Shown here piece after piece: positions 13,130-26,104 of a stretch of DNA of 64,000 nt. Source of the DNA: Octopus sinensis (Eukaryota); contig NC_043000.1 of the NCBI RefSeq assembly GCF_006345805.1, positions 2,728,001 to 2,792,000 on the forward strand, in the 5' to 3' direction. The notes under the pieces are model-generated. The model was not told the DNA's origin and did not search any database. It saw nothing but the letters and a program-made list of their open reading frames with translations. Numbering within the stretch: position 1 is the stretch's first letter; each line of letters opens with the position of its first letter. The position numbers and the translations under genes were made by a program.

Positions 13130-13707
13130 CCAGTATAAACAATGGATACACAAAAGGTGTTATGGGATCAAAAGCAAACTATCAAAGGTTTCATATGCAG
13201 CAAGTGCATTAGGGTAGTAAGTATTGAGAGTGCATGGGATATACAGTCTCTCAAATGCCTGGATGGCTCCCTAAAAATAGTCGATAGCTTTTGCTATCAA
13301 GGTAACCAAATTAGCTGTGAGGGTAGATGTTCCATGAGTGTGATAGCTACAGTATGAACAAACCAGAGAAACTATTACTTCAGCTGACAACAAGGGATTT
13401 ATTCCTCACATCCAAGGGCAGATTGTATGAATCTTGTGTGTGAAATGCACTGTTTGCACAACAGTGAGATGTGAGCCTTAAATGCAAAGAACCTACAAAG
13501 GCTAGAAAGAAATGAGGTAGGCATGCTTCACTGATCTGCCAAGCTGGTGTGTGTGAACAATGAAATATAAATGAACTGAGAAACACACTAAGTATAAAGG
13601 GAATTAGCATTGCAAGAGAGGAGAACTCGGATGGTATGAGCTAAATGCAGATGGCAAAACGACAGCTGCATAAGCAAGTGTTGATTGCTCAAAGTGAATG
13701 GTGATTG

Positions 13708-13752
<45 letters not shown>

Positions 13753-13780
13753 GATGATGTTGGGAAAAGTTATCTCATGA
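13130..13780 (+). mobile_element. Decayed RTE-clade LINE 3' ORF fragment; related pieces near 51060-51350(-), 53770-53910(+), 58330-58540(-)
   Basis: GSLKIVDSFCYQGNQISCEGRC resembles the EVVDSFCYLG..IS..GGC RT thumb; WKKFRELL.LL..KG at about 58450. Confidence 0.7.
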
Positions 13781-14215
13781 TATTATAGAATGAGTTTATT
13801 TTGTTAACTAATTACCTAATTGTTGAGTCTATACACCATACAACAAATAAATTCTACTTCAAAAGTATATTTCCAACAATGCTAAAATAGTCTATTCTAT
13901 ATTTTTGAGGTGAGAAATTATATACATTCGAGCAAGGTCGTTGCCAGTGCCGCTGGACTGGCTCCTGTGCAGGTGGCACATAAAAAGCACCTTTTGAGCG
14001 TGGCCTTTGCCAGTACCGCCAGACTGGCCCTCATGCCAGTGGCACGTAAAAGCACCCACTACACTCTCGGAGTGGTTGGCATTAGGAAGGGCATCCAGCT
14101 GTAGAAACTTTGCCAGATCAAGATTGGAGCCTGGTGCAGCCATCTGGTTCGCCAGCCCTTAGTCAAATCGTCCAACTGATGCTTGCATGGAAAGTGGACG
14201 TTAAAACGATGATGG

Positions 14216-14273
<58 letters not shown>

Positions 14274-15314
14274 ATTATAGAGGACTGTAACCTGGCAATA
14301 TGTGGTTGACTGGTGATATTTGGTGTGACTGACGATCCAAACTCTTAGACTAAGGAGACGTCTTTTGGCTCTATAGCCTGACTCAACTCAGTGTTACCCC
14401 AATGTGTGCATCACCTCAGTATCCATGTTTCTTAACCTTAAATACACAATCTTTCTACATACAACCTTATATTTCAGAATATGGAGGCAATGAGGTGGCA
14501 GAATCAGTGGCATGCCAGTCAAAATGCTTGGCAGCATTTTGTCCATCTTTATGTTCTGAGTTCAAATTTGCCTTTTATCCTTTCAGAGTCAGTAAAATAA
14601 ATATGGGGTTGATGTATTTGACTTACCCCTCATCCAAAATTGCTGGCCTTCTGCCAAAATTGGATACCAATTTTTCAGAACTTTAAGGCAGTGAGTGGGC
14701 AGAACTGTTAGCATACTGGGCAAAATGCTTAGTAGCATTTCATCTGTCTTTAAATTCTGAGTTCAAATTCCATCAAGGTCAACTTTGCATTTCATACTTG
14801 GTGGAAAGGAGTGGGGGTTCATAAAATAAATACCATTTAAGCACTGGGATTGATACAATCAACTTACCCCTCCATTGAAATTGCTGGACTTGTGCCCAAA
14901 ATTGAAACCAATATTTCAGAACATTCTTTGATTCAAAAACATTCAAAGACTATTGTTAATATAACCAAAGCTGTTATTGAAACCTGATTAAATGGACCTT
15001 CAATGTCTGATGGGGAATTACTGTAGGAAGCTGTTCTGTTCAATCCTGGATATGCAGTTTAAACCATTTCGCATTCAGATTCCTCTGTCAAATATAATGC
15101 TAATTTATTCACATTGTTTTGAATTAATTATGTATTATCTTGTAGCTTCAAGATTTTGATGATGTGATTGTTTATTTTTAGAATAACATTATAGGCCAAA
15201 TGTGAGATGCCAAATTTTGTTGGTTTTAACATAAAACAGGTAGACTATTTGAGCTGCATATGGTTGGTTTAAATACTAAACAATTAAAAGAAATCATAAA
15301 TCTAAAAATGTTAG

Positions 15315-15800
15315 TATCACTCATTACATTCTGATTTGTTTTATGGTAATTCTTAGAAATTGCATTGAATAAAAAGTAGTGATATGAACTCTTCTCTACC
15401 TCATATAAATTACCACTCTTGTCACAGTGAACATAGACATCGTTCAAATCCCTGATCTTTTTAATCTGGGTTTTTAAGTCCCTTTGAAAATGGTTATTTT
15501 TCTTAATGATTTTCATACTTCAGATTGGGATAAATAAGTCCTTCTCAAACAGTGCCAAATATGGGTTACATGGATGGGTATTTGTGTGTTTTAAATGTAA
15601 ACTTCTCATTGATTTTCTTGACATATTGCTGTCTGTTGAAATGGAAAGTTCACCACATTATCTTATTGATAAAAGAACCAGTTTTCTGAATAAGAATTTT
15701 AAGGAAGAGTCTTCTCTTCGGAGTTATATTCTTAGTTGAAATATTCAGGTGTTTTTTCCTACATTTTGTTTAGGGTCAAAAAATTGTTTATCAAAATGGT
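15315..15800 (-). mobile_element. Penelope-like element RT N-terminal fragment
   Basis: FQRDLKTQIKKIRDLNDVYVHCDKSGNLYEVEKSSY...AISKNYHKTN resembles the PLE xDK(T/S)xNLY block. The upstream frame has stops and frameshifts. Confidence 0.75.
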
Positions 15801-16744
15801 CAAATTAGGAAAATTCATACATCAAAGCTCAAGGAACCCAAATATCTAAAGAGTATTCTGTATAAGTTAAATCTAGTTGTAGAATAGATAAGTATATTTT
15901 ATAGATTTAATGTTTTAGCAGAGAAACTCTACCTTCACTAATTCATAGTACGTACTCTTTTACTTGTTTCACTCATTTGATTGTGGCTATGCTGGAGCAC
16001 CGCCTTTAGTCGAGCATATCGACCCCAGGACTTATTCTTTGTAAGCCTAGTACTTATTCTATCGGTCTCTTTTGCCGAACCGCTAAGTTACCGGGACGTA
16101 AAGACACCAGCATCGGTTGTCAAGCGATGTTGGGGGGACAAACATAGACATACATATACACACACACATACATATATATGTATACATATATACGATGGGC
16201 TTCTTTTCAGTTTCCGTCTACCAAATCTACTCACAAGGCTTTGGTCGGCCTGAGGCTATAGTAGAAGACACTTTCTGTCTATCAAATAGAGGACCGCTAT
16301 TTCCTTTTACTACAAAAATATGTCTCCACAGACACCAGTATTTGTAACTCATTATATGGCAAAAAAAGAAGAAAAATAACGAAATCAAACAGTCTACGGT
16401 CAATTATGGATGCATACGTTTCTGGATTAGAATCATAAGATTCATTTCCTTTATCAACATAATATTCCGGTAGATAAATCTAGAAATGCTAGGAAATCTT
16501 ACCTCCTATATTTCCGACCAAGCGACATCGGGACATACAAAAGCTAATCAGCATATCCACATTTATATAGACAAGTGAATTCGTATTTCCCTCCAAACTT
16601 TCGGTATGTGGTCTAGCAACTTGTTGCAAAGACCCTTATTGTTATAATTATATAAACTTTTACCGAATATGGTCCTTTTCCATACTGAAATACTACGAGG
16701 TGAAATTTGTTGATTTTATTAAACTAATTATATTTCACCCTTTA

Positions 16745-16801
<57 letters not shown>

Positions 16802-17419
16802 ACTTTCACACTTGAACATGTGATATTTTATATAATGCTTATCTTTTATCTTTTACTTGTTTCAGTCATTGGACTGCGGTCATGCTGGGGCACCACCTTA
16901 AAGGCTTTAATCAAACAGATCAATCCCAGTACCTTTTATTTTAAGCTGACACTTATTCTATCAGTCTCTTTTTGCCAAACTGCTAAGATATGGAGACATG
17001 AACAAACCAACACTGGTTGTGAAGCAGTGGTGAGAAACAAACACAAGGGTTCACACACACATACATGCATACACACACACATACACTCACATAGATATGT
17101 GTGCACACACATACACATACAAACACACATGTACACAGACATACACAATAACTCATATGCATACACACACACACACACACACACATACAAGTGTAACAAG
17201 CTTCTTTCAGTTTCTGTCTATCAAATCCAACCTACAAGGCTTTGGTCTGCCCATGGTTGTAGTAGAAAGACATCTACCCAAGGTACCATGTAGTGGGACT
17301 GAACCAGGAACCATGTGGCGGGAAAGCAAACTTCTTATCACACAGCCATGCCTGCAAAGGAAAATATATTTTCAATCTCATTTCAACGATTTTGTTTCTT
17401 GTTATTTTATCTTTTCCAG

Positions 17420-17797
17420 AATCTGCGAAAGACTTACCTTTATGACTACCATGTCGAGAAGGGTGGCAGAATGGTACCATTTGGTGGTTGGTCAATGCCT
17501 GTTCAATACAAAGATGGTATTCGGGACTCTCACCATCATGTACGAAACCATGCTGGTATATTTGATGTCTCCCATATGATGCAGACCAAAATCCATGGTA
17601 AAGATCGTGTGGCGTTCATGGAAAGCCTCACTCTTGCTAATGTGAAGATCTTGAAACCTGGAGTTGGTTGCTTAACGGTGTTTACTAATGAGAAAGGAGG
17701 TATTAACGATGATTTGATTGTCACAAACACCAGCGAAGGATATCTTTATGTTGTGTCAAATGCTGCATGTGATCATAAAGATTTCGCTAACATGGAG
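17420..17797 (+). CDS. AMT: AMT exon 2 ([11 protein letters not shown]...KDFANME), 378 nt
   Basis: Acceptor ttttccag|, donor GAG|gtaaga. Contains [19 protein letters not shown] and GGINDDL; lies within ORF 17315-17836. Confidence 0.97.
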
Positions 17798-18680
17798 GTA
17801 AGATTTTGTTGTTGTTTAACCCTAGGCCAACCCTAATTAAGTAGATCTATGATTAAAGGATTATGTGTTAATGGTAACGATCCGGCGGTCGCCTTACTGG
17901 CACGTGAACAAAACATTCGAGCGAGGTCGTTGCCAGTGCCGCTGGACAGACTCCTGTGCAGGTGGTGCGTAAAAACACCATTTCGAGCGTGACCATTGCC
18001 AGTACCACCAGACTGGCCCTCGTGCCGGTGGCACGTAAAAGCACCCACTACACTCTCGGAGTGGTTGGCATTAGGAAGGGCATCCAGCTGTAGAAACTCT
18101 GCCAGATCAAGATTGGAGCCTGGCACAGCCATGTGGTTCGCCAGACTTCAGTCAAATCGTCCAACCCATGCTAGCATGGAAAGCAGACGTTAAACGATGA
18201 TGATGAATGGTTAGGATCTCCGGCTCATGATTGAGAGGTCTTGAATTCAATTGCTGGTGATGCATTATGTTCTTGAGCAAGACACTTTATGTTACATTGC
18301 CTCAGTCCACTCAGCTGGCAAAAATGAATTGTACCCGTAATTCAAGGAGCCAGCCTTGTCACATTCTGTGTCACACTGAATCTTCTTGAGAACTACATTA
18401 AGAATATGCATGTCACTGGAATTCTCAGCCACTTGTACTTAATCTTCACAAGCAGGTTGTTCCATTGAATGGATTGGCTTGAACACTGATTGTAGTAACC
18501 ATTGGAGTGCCAGTGAAATAATTAAAGGCATTCCAGCTATGACCACCTTTTTAAAGTTGTGAAGGATGTGATTAACATGTTCTTTCTTCACTTGAGACTG
18601 TAGAGTGTGAATTGAAGGAGATTTGGTTATTATTTCTAGCAGATTGAGCAACCATATACAGGACACCCTTGTTTGTTTAA

Positions 18681-18891
18681 CCCTTTCATTACTGTATTTA
18701 TTTTGAGATACTCTGTGTTTCTTTCAATTACTTTTAAATATAACAAAGAATTTAGTAAAATAACTCAGTTATCATTAAGCTAGTGTTAGGAACATAAATT
18801 GTGACTAAGTTTTGGTGGGAGATTTTAATTCAAAACTTATGAAAACAAGAGATTTGTACTCAGAACCTGAGCAGGTTTAGTAACGAAAGGG
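18681..18891. mobile_element. piggyBac-type MITE with TTAA TSD
   Basis: TTAA|CCCTTTCATTACT ... AGTAACGAAAGGG|TTAA. Confidence 0.88.
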
Positions 18892-19387
18892 TTAAAGTGA
18901 TGCTTTGTTAACATAGAGGAGGTAGGCCAGCAGATATAAAAGTATTATGATAACCATTGCTATACCATCACCACAACATCACCAGTTCACCACCACCAAC
19001 ATGATCACCTTCACCAACAATAACTACAGTATAGTGAGCCAACAAGGCAAACTCTCGATAGTTGCCTGATCTGTTAAAAATAGCAATGAAATCTCCCACA
19101 AATCACACTCCTACCATCTTGAAAGTAGTACATATTGAACAGTGATGCCCTAGATATACAAATGACAGGTTCGTCATAATTGAAATGACTTTGATTATAG
19201 GTTTGCTTGATCAGGGCTGATTTGGGGATAGACAACAGCAGCAACAAAAACAACAGTAACCCTAGTAGCGACTACAATAGCAACATCCATACCAATGGGG
19301 AAGGTTCTATATTACTTTGTTTTCGACTAGGGTCCATATAAGATTTTGTCAATAAAATTTATGTGCAATGAATTAGCTATAGTTCTA

Positions 19388-19514
19388 CAGGGTGTCCACA
19401 AAGTCTGGGTGCATGGGGATTAACACATACTTTAAGAAATTATTATTTCTTATATTTAATTGTTTATGTTATGATTTTATTTACTCCATGTACCCAGACT
19501 TTGTGGACACCCTG
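19388..19514. mobile_element. Tc1/mariner-type MITE with TA TSD; right end followed by tandem TAATACACACCCTGTA duplications
   Basis: TA|CAGGGTGTCCACAAAGTCTGGGTGCATGG ... CCATGTACCCAGACTTTGTGGACACCCTG|TA. Confidence 0.92.
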
Positions 19515-19819
19515 TATAATACACACCCTGTATAATACACACCCTGTATAATACACAAAATAGTTAAACAATTTTTAAAAATACAATTCCTAATAATATT
19601 TAATTAAAACTTTACTTTACTTTTACTTGTTTCAGTCATTTGACTGCGGCCATGCTGGAGCACCGCCTTTAGTTGAGCAAATCGACCCCGGGACTTATTC
19701 TTTGTAAGCCCAGTACTTATTCTATCGGTCTCTTTTTGCCGAACCGCTAAGTGACGGGGACGTAAACACACCAGCATCGGTTGTCAAGCAATGCTAGGGG
19801 GACAAACACAGACACACAA

Positions 19820-19857
<38 letters not shown>

Positions 19858-20358
19858 ATATATACGACAGGCTTCTTTCAGTTTCCGTCTACCAAATCCA
19901 CTCACAAAGCTTTGGTCGGCCTGAGGCTATAGTAGAAGACACTTGCCCAAGATGCCACGCAGTGGGACTGAACCTGGAACCATGTAGTTCATAAGCAAGC
20001 TACTTACCACACAGCCACTCCTGCGCCTATGGAATTGGCTAATGGAATTTTTTTAAACATTGAATGGCTGCAAGGGTCCATCTGAGTGAAATAGGAATCA
20101 AAAGGGTCCATACGTACAAGATGGTTGAGAATCACTGCTCTACATGGTCATTTGATTTGCTAGAAAAAAACCAGTTAGATTTCCCCAAAATCATTACCCT
20201 TTAGTTTTAAAGACTTCATTGGATAACATAGTATTAATTACAAGATATCTGAAAAGAATAGACAGTGATGGCTAGAATGCTTTTGATCTTAGGATAGCTC
20301 TATTAGGGGTGACTTGGGGCTCATGCCACATCAACCATAGTAATACCAGCAACAACAA

Positions 20359-20740
20359 GGAGGCGCAATGGCCCAATAGTTAGGGCAGTGGACTCGCAGT
20401 TTCGATTCCCAGACCGGGCGTTGTGTGTGTTTATTGAGCAAAAACACCTAAAGCTCCATGAGGCTCTGGCAGGGGGTGGTGGCGACCCCTGTTGTACTCT
20501 TTCGCCCCAACTTTCTCTCACTCTTTCTTCCTGTTTCTTGTCCCCGACTTCCTACACAACCGCTGAGCCTGGATGTGCATTCATCCATCTGTCGATGGTC
20601 TCGGTGTCGGGGGTTCACCTGCTTTCTCTTCTGCGGGTCTTACGAATAGCAAAGGACCACGTTTCGGACTTCTCCCACTACAAAGGCGCGATCTTGCGAG
20701 CTCTGGGACGAAGACCGCGCTTCGCTTCACTCGCTCAACC
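20359..20740 (+). mobile_element. SINE family D (tRNA-Arg-like head; resembles octopus OR-type SINEs). Other copies 9345-9795(-), 34610-34940(-), 37233-37555(+), 60428-60810(+)
   Basis: GGAGGCGCAATGGCCCAGTGGTTAGGGCAGCGGACTCGCGGT..GGTTTCGATTCCCAGACCGGGCG head with A and B boxes, shared by five copies. Confidence 0.85.
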
Positions 20741-20811
20741 AGCAACAACAACATTAACGTCACCACTACCACCATTACGATCAAATTACACAAAATTTTA
20801 TTCAATTTCAG

Positions 20812-20890
20812 AAAAAATGTGCTGAGTTCCATAGCAAAGGTCTTGATGTCACCCTTGAACGACTAACTGACTCATTGATTGCTGTACAAG
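20812..20890 (+). CDS. AMT: AMT exon 3 (KKCAEFHSKGLDVTLERLTDSLIAVQG), 79 nt
   Basis: Acceptor tttcag|, donor CAAG|gtaagc. LIAVQG corresponds to the conserved LLALQGP motif. Confidence 0.93.
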
Positions 20891-22366
20891 GTAAGCTAAG
20901 TCCACCTTGGTATATGAGCCTCTTGTACTAACCCCTTTGCATCTTATGTTAATATATGCTTTTTGGCGCAGAGAAGCTCTTTGTTATTGATACAAGCGAC
21001 AATTTTTCAAACTGATTTCATCTGTTCCTATACAAAAGTATAAAGGAACTCACTGGGTAAATCTAATATTTTTTATGCAGTTTGTAAATCTTTCATCATC
21101 ATCATCATTGTTTAACATTCACTTTCCATGCTAGCATGGGTTGGACGATTTTGACTGAGGGCTGGTGAACCAGATGGCTGCACCAGGCTCCAATCTTGAT
21201 TTGGCAGAGTTTCTACAGGTGGATGCCCTTCCTAATGCCAACCACTCCAAAATTGTAGTGGGTGCTTTAACGTGCCTACTGATTCTACCCGAACACTGGG
21301 GTATCACCACCATCACCATCACCATCATCATTTAGTGTCTGCTTTCCATGCTAGCATGGGTTAGACAGTTCGACTGAAACTGGTAAGTTGTAGGGCTACT
21401 CCAGGTTCCAATATGATTTGGCATGGTTTCTATGGCTGGTTGCCCTTCCTAATGCTAACCACTCCAAGAGTGTAATGGGTGCTAGTTATGTGACACCAGC
21501 ATTGGCCATGACTACAGTTTCACTTAGCTTGATGCGTCTTCTCAAGCATGGCATATCACCAAACGTCTCGTCACTTATCATTGCCTCTGTGAGGCCCAAT
21601 GTTTGAAGGGTGCTTTTTACATGCCATTGGCATGGTGGCCAGTTATGTGACACCAGCATCAGCTATGACTGCGATTTCACTTGGCTTGATGGGTCTTCTC
21701 AAGGATGGCATATCACCAATAATATTTATTGTAACATACTCTTTTACTTGTTTCAGTCATTTGACTGTGGCCATGCTGGAGCACCGCCTTTAGTCGAACA
21801 AATCGACCCCAGGACTTACTCTTTGTAATCCTAGTACTTATTCTATCGATCTCTTTTGCCGAACTGTTAAGTTAGGGGGATGTAAGCACACCAGCATCTG
21901 TTGTCAAGTGATGTTGTTGGAGGGGAGACAAACACAGACACACAAACACACACACATATATATATATACATATACATATATATACGATGGGCTTCTTTCA
22001 GTTTCCGTCTACCAAATCCACTCACAAGGCTTTGGTCGGCCCGAGGCTATAGTAGAAGGCACTTGCGCAAGGTGCCACGCAGTGGGACTGAACCCGGAAC
22101 CATGTGGTTGGTAAGCAAGCTACTTACCACACAGCCACAACAACTTGCAGATACAAGTGGTACCGGTTGAAAGCTCCACATACTGGGTGCTAGCAAGTTT
22201 ATAGGATCATCAGGAGAGAATACATTCTGTTTCAGAGCCTTCCTCTCCAAACATATAATAATGAATCAAATTTCTACTTTTTTCTTCTGAGTGTGTGTCA
22301 TGCCATTTTCAATATTTGTAGATGCTTCTGACCTGTTTGTTTTATATATTTCTCTTCCATCTATAG

Positions 22367-22512
22367 GTCCTTCAGCTGCAAAGGTGTTACAGCCAGGTTT
22401 GACTTTTGAGCTTGCAGATCTGCCATTCATGCGAAGTATCTTGACCTCGGTATTTGGCATCCCTAACTGCCGAGTCACCAGGTGTGGCTACACAGGTGAA
22501 GATGGTGTTGAG
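22367..22512 (+). CDS. AMT: AMT exon 4 (PSAAKVLQ...[12 protein letters not shown]), 146 nt
   Basis: Acceptor ctatag|, donor GAG|gtaatt. Contains the hallmark [10 protein letters not shown]. Confidence 0.96.
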
Positions 22513-22590
22513 GTAATTTTTATTTTTATCCTGTCACTTTTTTATTGTTTTTTGCCACTGAATATTTTTGTTACTGTAAGCCTCATACAG

Positions 22591-22788
22591 AATAAAACTA
22601 TGAATAAATAATTAAGCACAAAAATTAATCAAAAACGTCTTTGCATATTATTAGCTTATTGATCACTAATTTTCATGGAACCCTTAGCAAGCTGTAGCAG
22701 AAGCCTGGGGTGCCATGGAACTCCAAGTGAGAATTGCTGTAATATATGCTTATAAAATGAAAATAAAAACAGCACAGCACCCATGACT
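22591..22788 (+). repeat. Left arm of a 198-bp inverted duplication (partner 28617-28814)
   Basis: Manual reverse-complement alignment: 5 mismatches, no gaps. Confidence 0.95.
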
Positions 22789-23923
22789 CACCCCAGTGTA
22801 TCAAGATGGGGTGGTGTCACAAAAAGCCCTTCCCCCTGCCTTTACAATGTGATACCCAGATATCCAAATTGCTGCGTTGTATTCTACATATTACCCCCAA
22901 CATATCAGCCCTATATGCTACTTTGACACGTTACTCTTGTATGTTATCTTCTACACCTCATCCTACATTGCTTCCCTCTTGTTGCTGTGTTGCTCCAGGT
23001 TTGCCTGAGTGAACTGATCCATGGTTAGAAGCCTTGCTACCATAACTATTCTATCATTTTGACAAACTATCCAGTTTTATGATGATAAAGTGTGAGTTGT
23101 GGATGATTTAGTTGCTATTTCTAGCAGCTTCAGTGACCATGTAGATGTTCTCCCAATGGCTCATCTACCTCATTTGTTATCTATATGTGTAACTCCACAC
23201 ATGTTGCCTATATCTATAGCATGGTAGGCCTTTTCAGACTGGTGAGGTCAATATAGAAGATGTTCAGCTTGAACTTTTGCTGGTTGAAGCCTGCAAACAG
23301 AGGATATGTGAAGTGAGTGAGTGAGTGAGAGAGAGGAAGAGGGAGAGAGAGAGAGAGAGAGTTCTAGAAAGTTGCAATCTTAAAGCAGGAGGAATGAGTA
23401 AAGTGTTGAATCCAGGGTTTTGAGAGATGGATGAGACAATGTAAAGAAGGCAAGTCAAAAATTAGGTTTGAAATAATTGACTAGACCATTCCCCACAAAA
23501 TTTCAGGTCTTGTGTCTATGGTTGAAAGAGTTATATTATACTCCAGTTGGTAGAAATGCAGTGGTCTGTAAAGTAGGAAGTTACAGTGGATGAGTTGATA
23601 ATGTTGTTAACTTTTCAACTTGACTGGTGTGGGTTCATATCCTGACAAGGATACAGTGCAGTGAAAAGAGCTAGGCACTGAATCTTTTTAGCATTTGTAA
23701 ACAAAATCTGATATGTAGGGTGGTGAGCTATAATACTGAGATCAAATCCAGCTTTCTTATGACAATAAATGTAAATGAAGTGTTGGTGTGGTTGTTGAAG
23801 ATTGAGATGATAATGTACCAAACCTTGGTTTTCATCATTGTACAAATCAAAGGAAACCAAGATAATATCAACTGTCAAAGATTTCCGCAGATAGCAATAA
23901 AGATATAATCTTCATTATCGTCT

Positions 23924-24263
23924 GAAGGCGCATGGCTCAGTGGTTAGAGCGTCGAGCTTACGATCGTGAGGTTGTGAGCTCGAATCCCGGACCGGGCTGC
24001 GTGTTGTGTTCTTGAGCAAAGCACTTTATTTCACGTTGCTCCAGTTCACTCAGCTGTAGAAATGAGTTGCGACGTCACTGGTGCCAAGCTGTATCGACCT
24101 TTGTCTTTCCCTTGGATAACACTGGTGGCGTGGAGAGGGGAGGCTGCTATGCATGGGCGACTGCTGGTCTTCCATAAACAACCTTGCCCGGACTTGTGTC
24201 TAGGAGGGTAACTTTCTAGGTGCAATCCCATGGTCATTCATGACCGAAGGGGGTCTTTACCTT
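23924..24263 (+). mobile_element. SINE family E, full length, about 11-bp TSD TTATCGTCTGA; second copy about 29862-30203
   Basis: tRNA-like head GGCGCATGGCTCAGTGGTTAGAGCG...GAGCTCGAATCCC, CORE-like CTTGAGCAAAGCACTT, TTATCGTCTGA on both flanks. Confidence 0.85.
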
Positions 24264-24479
24264 TTATCGTCTGAGGAAATCTTAAGCCTTGCCTTCAGGT
24301 GACTCAATGTTACTTAATTCTTTACCCAAAGGCATTATATGCATGTCAGTTGGTCTCTCTTGAAGATTTCAAATATCATGTGAATAATGGTTATTTACCA
24401 TTTTCCAGACTAGGTAGCTTTTGCAGGTTTTAGTTAGAGTAGAGCAAACCCAGTAAGCAACTAGTGCATCAACTACAAG

Positions 24480-24516
<37 letters not shown>

Positions 24517-24926
24517 AATACTTTTACCTTCAACTTGTTTCTGTCATTGGACTGCGGCCATGCTGGAGCACTGCCTTGAACAATTTTTAGTCAAATGTAT
24601 TGACCCTGGTACTTATTTTATTTTAAGTTTGGTACTTATTCAACCAGTCCCTTTTTGCTGAACCACTAGGTTACGGGGACATAAACACACCAGCACTGTC
24701 TGTCAAGCGATGGTGGTGGTGGTGGTGGGGACAAACACACACACACACATATATATGATGGGCTTCTTTCAGTTTCCATCTACTACATCCATTCACAAGG
24801 CTTTGGTCAGCCTGAGGGTATAGTAGAACACATTTGCTCAAGGTGCTACACGGCAGGACTGAACTCTGAATAATGTGGTTGAGAAGCAAATATCTTACCA
24901 CACAGCCATGCCTGAATATATGTGTA

Positions 24927-24978
<52 letters not shown>

Positions 24979-25851
24979 GGTGCAGGAGTGGCTGTGTGGT
25001 AACTAGCTTGCTTCCAAACTACATGGTTCCGGGTTCAGTCTCACTGTGTGGCACCTTGGGTAAGTGTCTTCTACTATAGCCTAGGGACGACTAAAGCCTT
25101 GTGAGTGGATTTGGCAGATGGAAACTGAAAGAAGCCCGTTGTATACATGTATATGTATATATATGTGTGTGTATGTCTGTGTGTCTGTGTTTGTCCCCCA
25201 ACATCACTTGACAACCAATGCTGGTGTGTTTACGTCACCATAACTTAGCAGTTCAGCAAGAAAGACCGATAGAATAAGTACTAGGCTTACAAAGAATAAG
25301 TCCTGGGGTCGATTTGCTCAACTAAAGGTGGTGCTCCAGCTTGGCCGCAATCAAATGACTGAAACAAGTAAAAGAAAGTAAAAGAGAATATATATATCTT
25401 GGTGGCACGTAAAAATCACCCACTACACTCTCGGAGTGGTTGGCGTTAGGAAGGGCATCCAGCTGTAGATACTCTGCCAGATCAAGACTGGAGCCTGGTG
25501 CAGCCATCTGGTTGCCAGCCCTCAGTCAAAACCGTCCAACCCATGCTAGCATGGAAAACGGACGTTAAATGATGATGATGATGATTCTCTTGTACTCTCC
25601 TCTCTCTCCTTCATTCCAGAAGAAGGCTATCTTCTGTAGATTCTAATCAATGTAATACTGATTCAAGTAACACAGAAACCTAGTGCATGCACACATATAC
25701 ATTTACATATATAGATTAAAAAACCAGAAATACAAATATTTGAACGAAACAGGAAACCATGCATATATTGTTGCGTTCTGTAATTACGAGAATGATTTAA
25801 TGGTTTGAACCCAGTAAAAGATTGCTTTACAACTTCTATATTTCTTTTTAG

Positions 25852-26038
25852 ATCTCTGTGACCTGCGAAAAAGTTATAGAACTGCTGGAAAACTTACTCA
25901 ATTCAAACATTGATGAAGTCAGACTTGCTGGCTTGGGTGCTCGTGATACTCTCCGCCTAGAGGCTGGACTTTGTCTCTATGGCAATGACATGGATGAAAC
26001 TACAACTCCAATTGAAGCATCTCTAGGTTGGTTGTTAG
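25852..26038 (+). CDS. AMT: AMT exon 5 (ISVTCEKV...EASLGWLLG), 187 nt
   Basis: Acceptor ttttag|, donor TTAG|gtaagt. Contains [20 protein letters not shown]. Confidence 0.96.
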
Positions 26039-26070
26039 GTAAGTCCACTTGTATTTTAATATAATAAAGA

Positions 26071-26104
<34 letters not shown>

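Noticed and set aside
23924-24000. tRNA-like sequences at SINE heads (also 20359, 37233, 60428) as tRNA genes
   Set aside because: They continue into SINE bodies, lack a proper acceptor stem and terminator, and one has a TSD.
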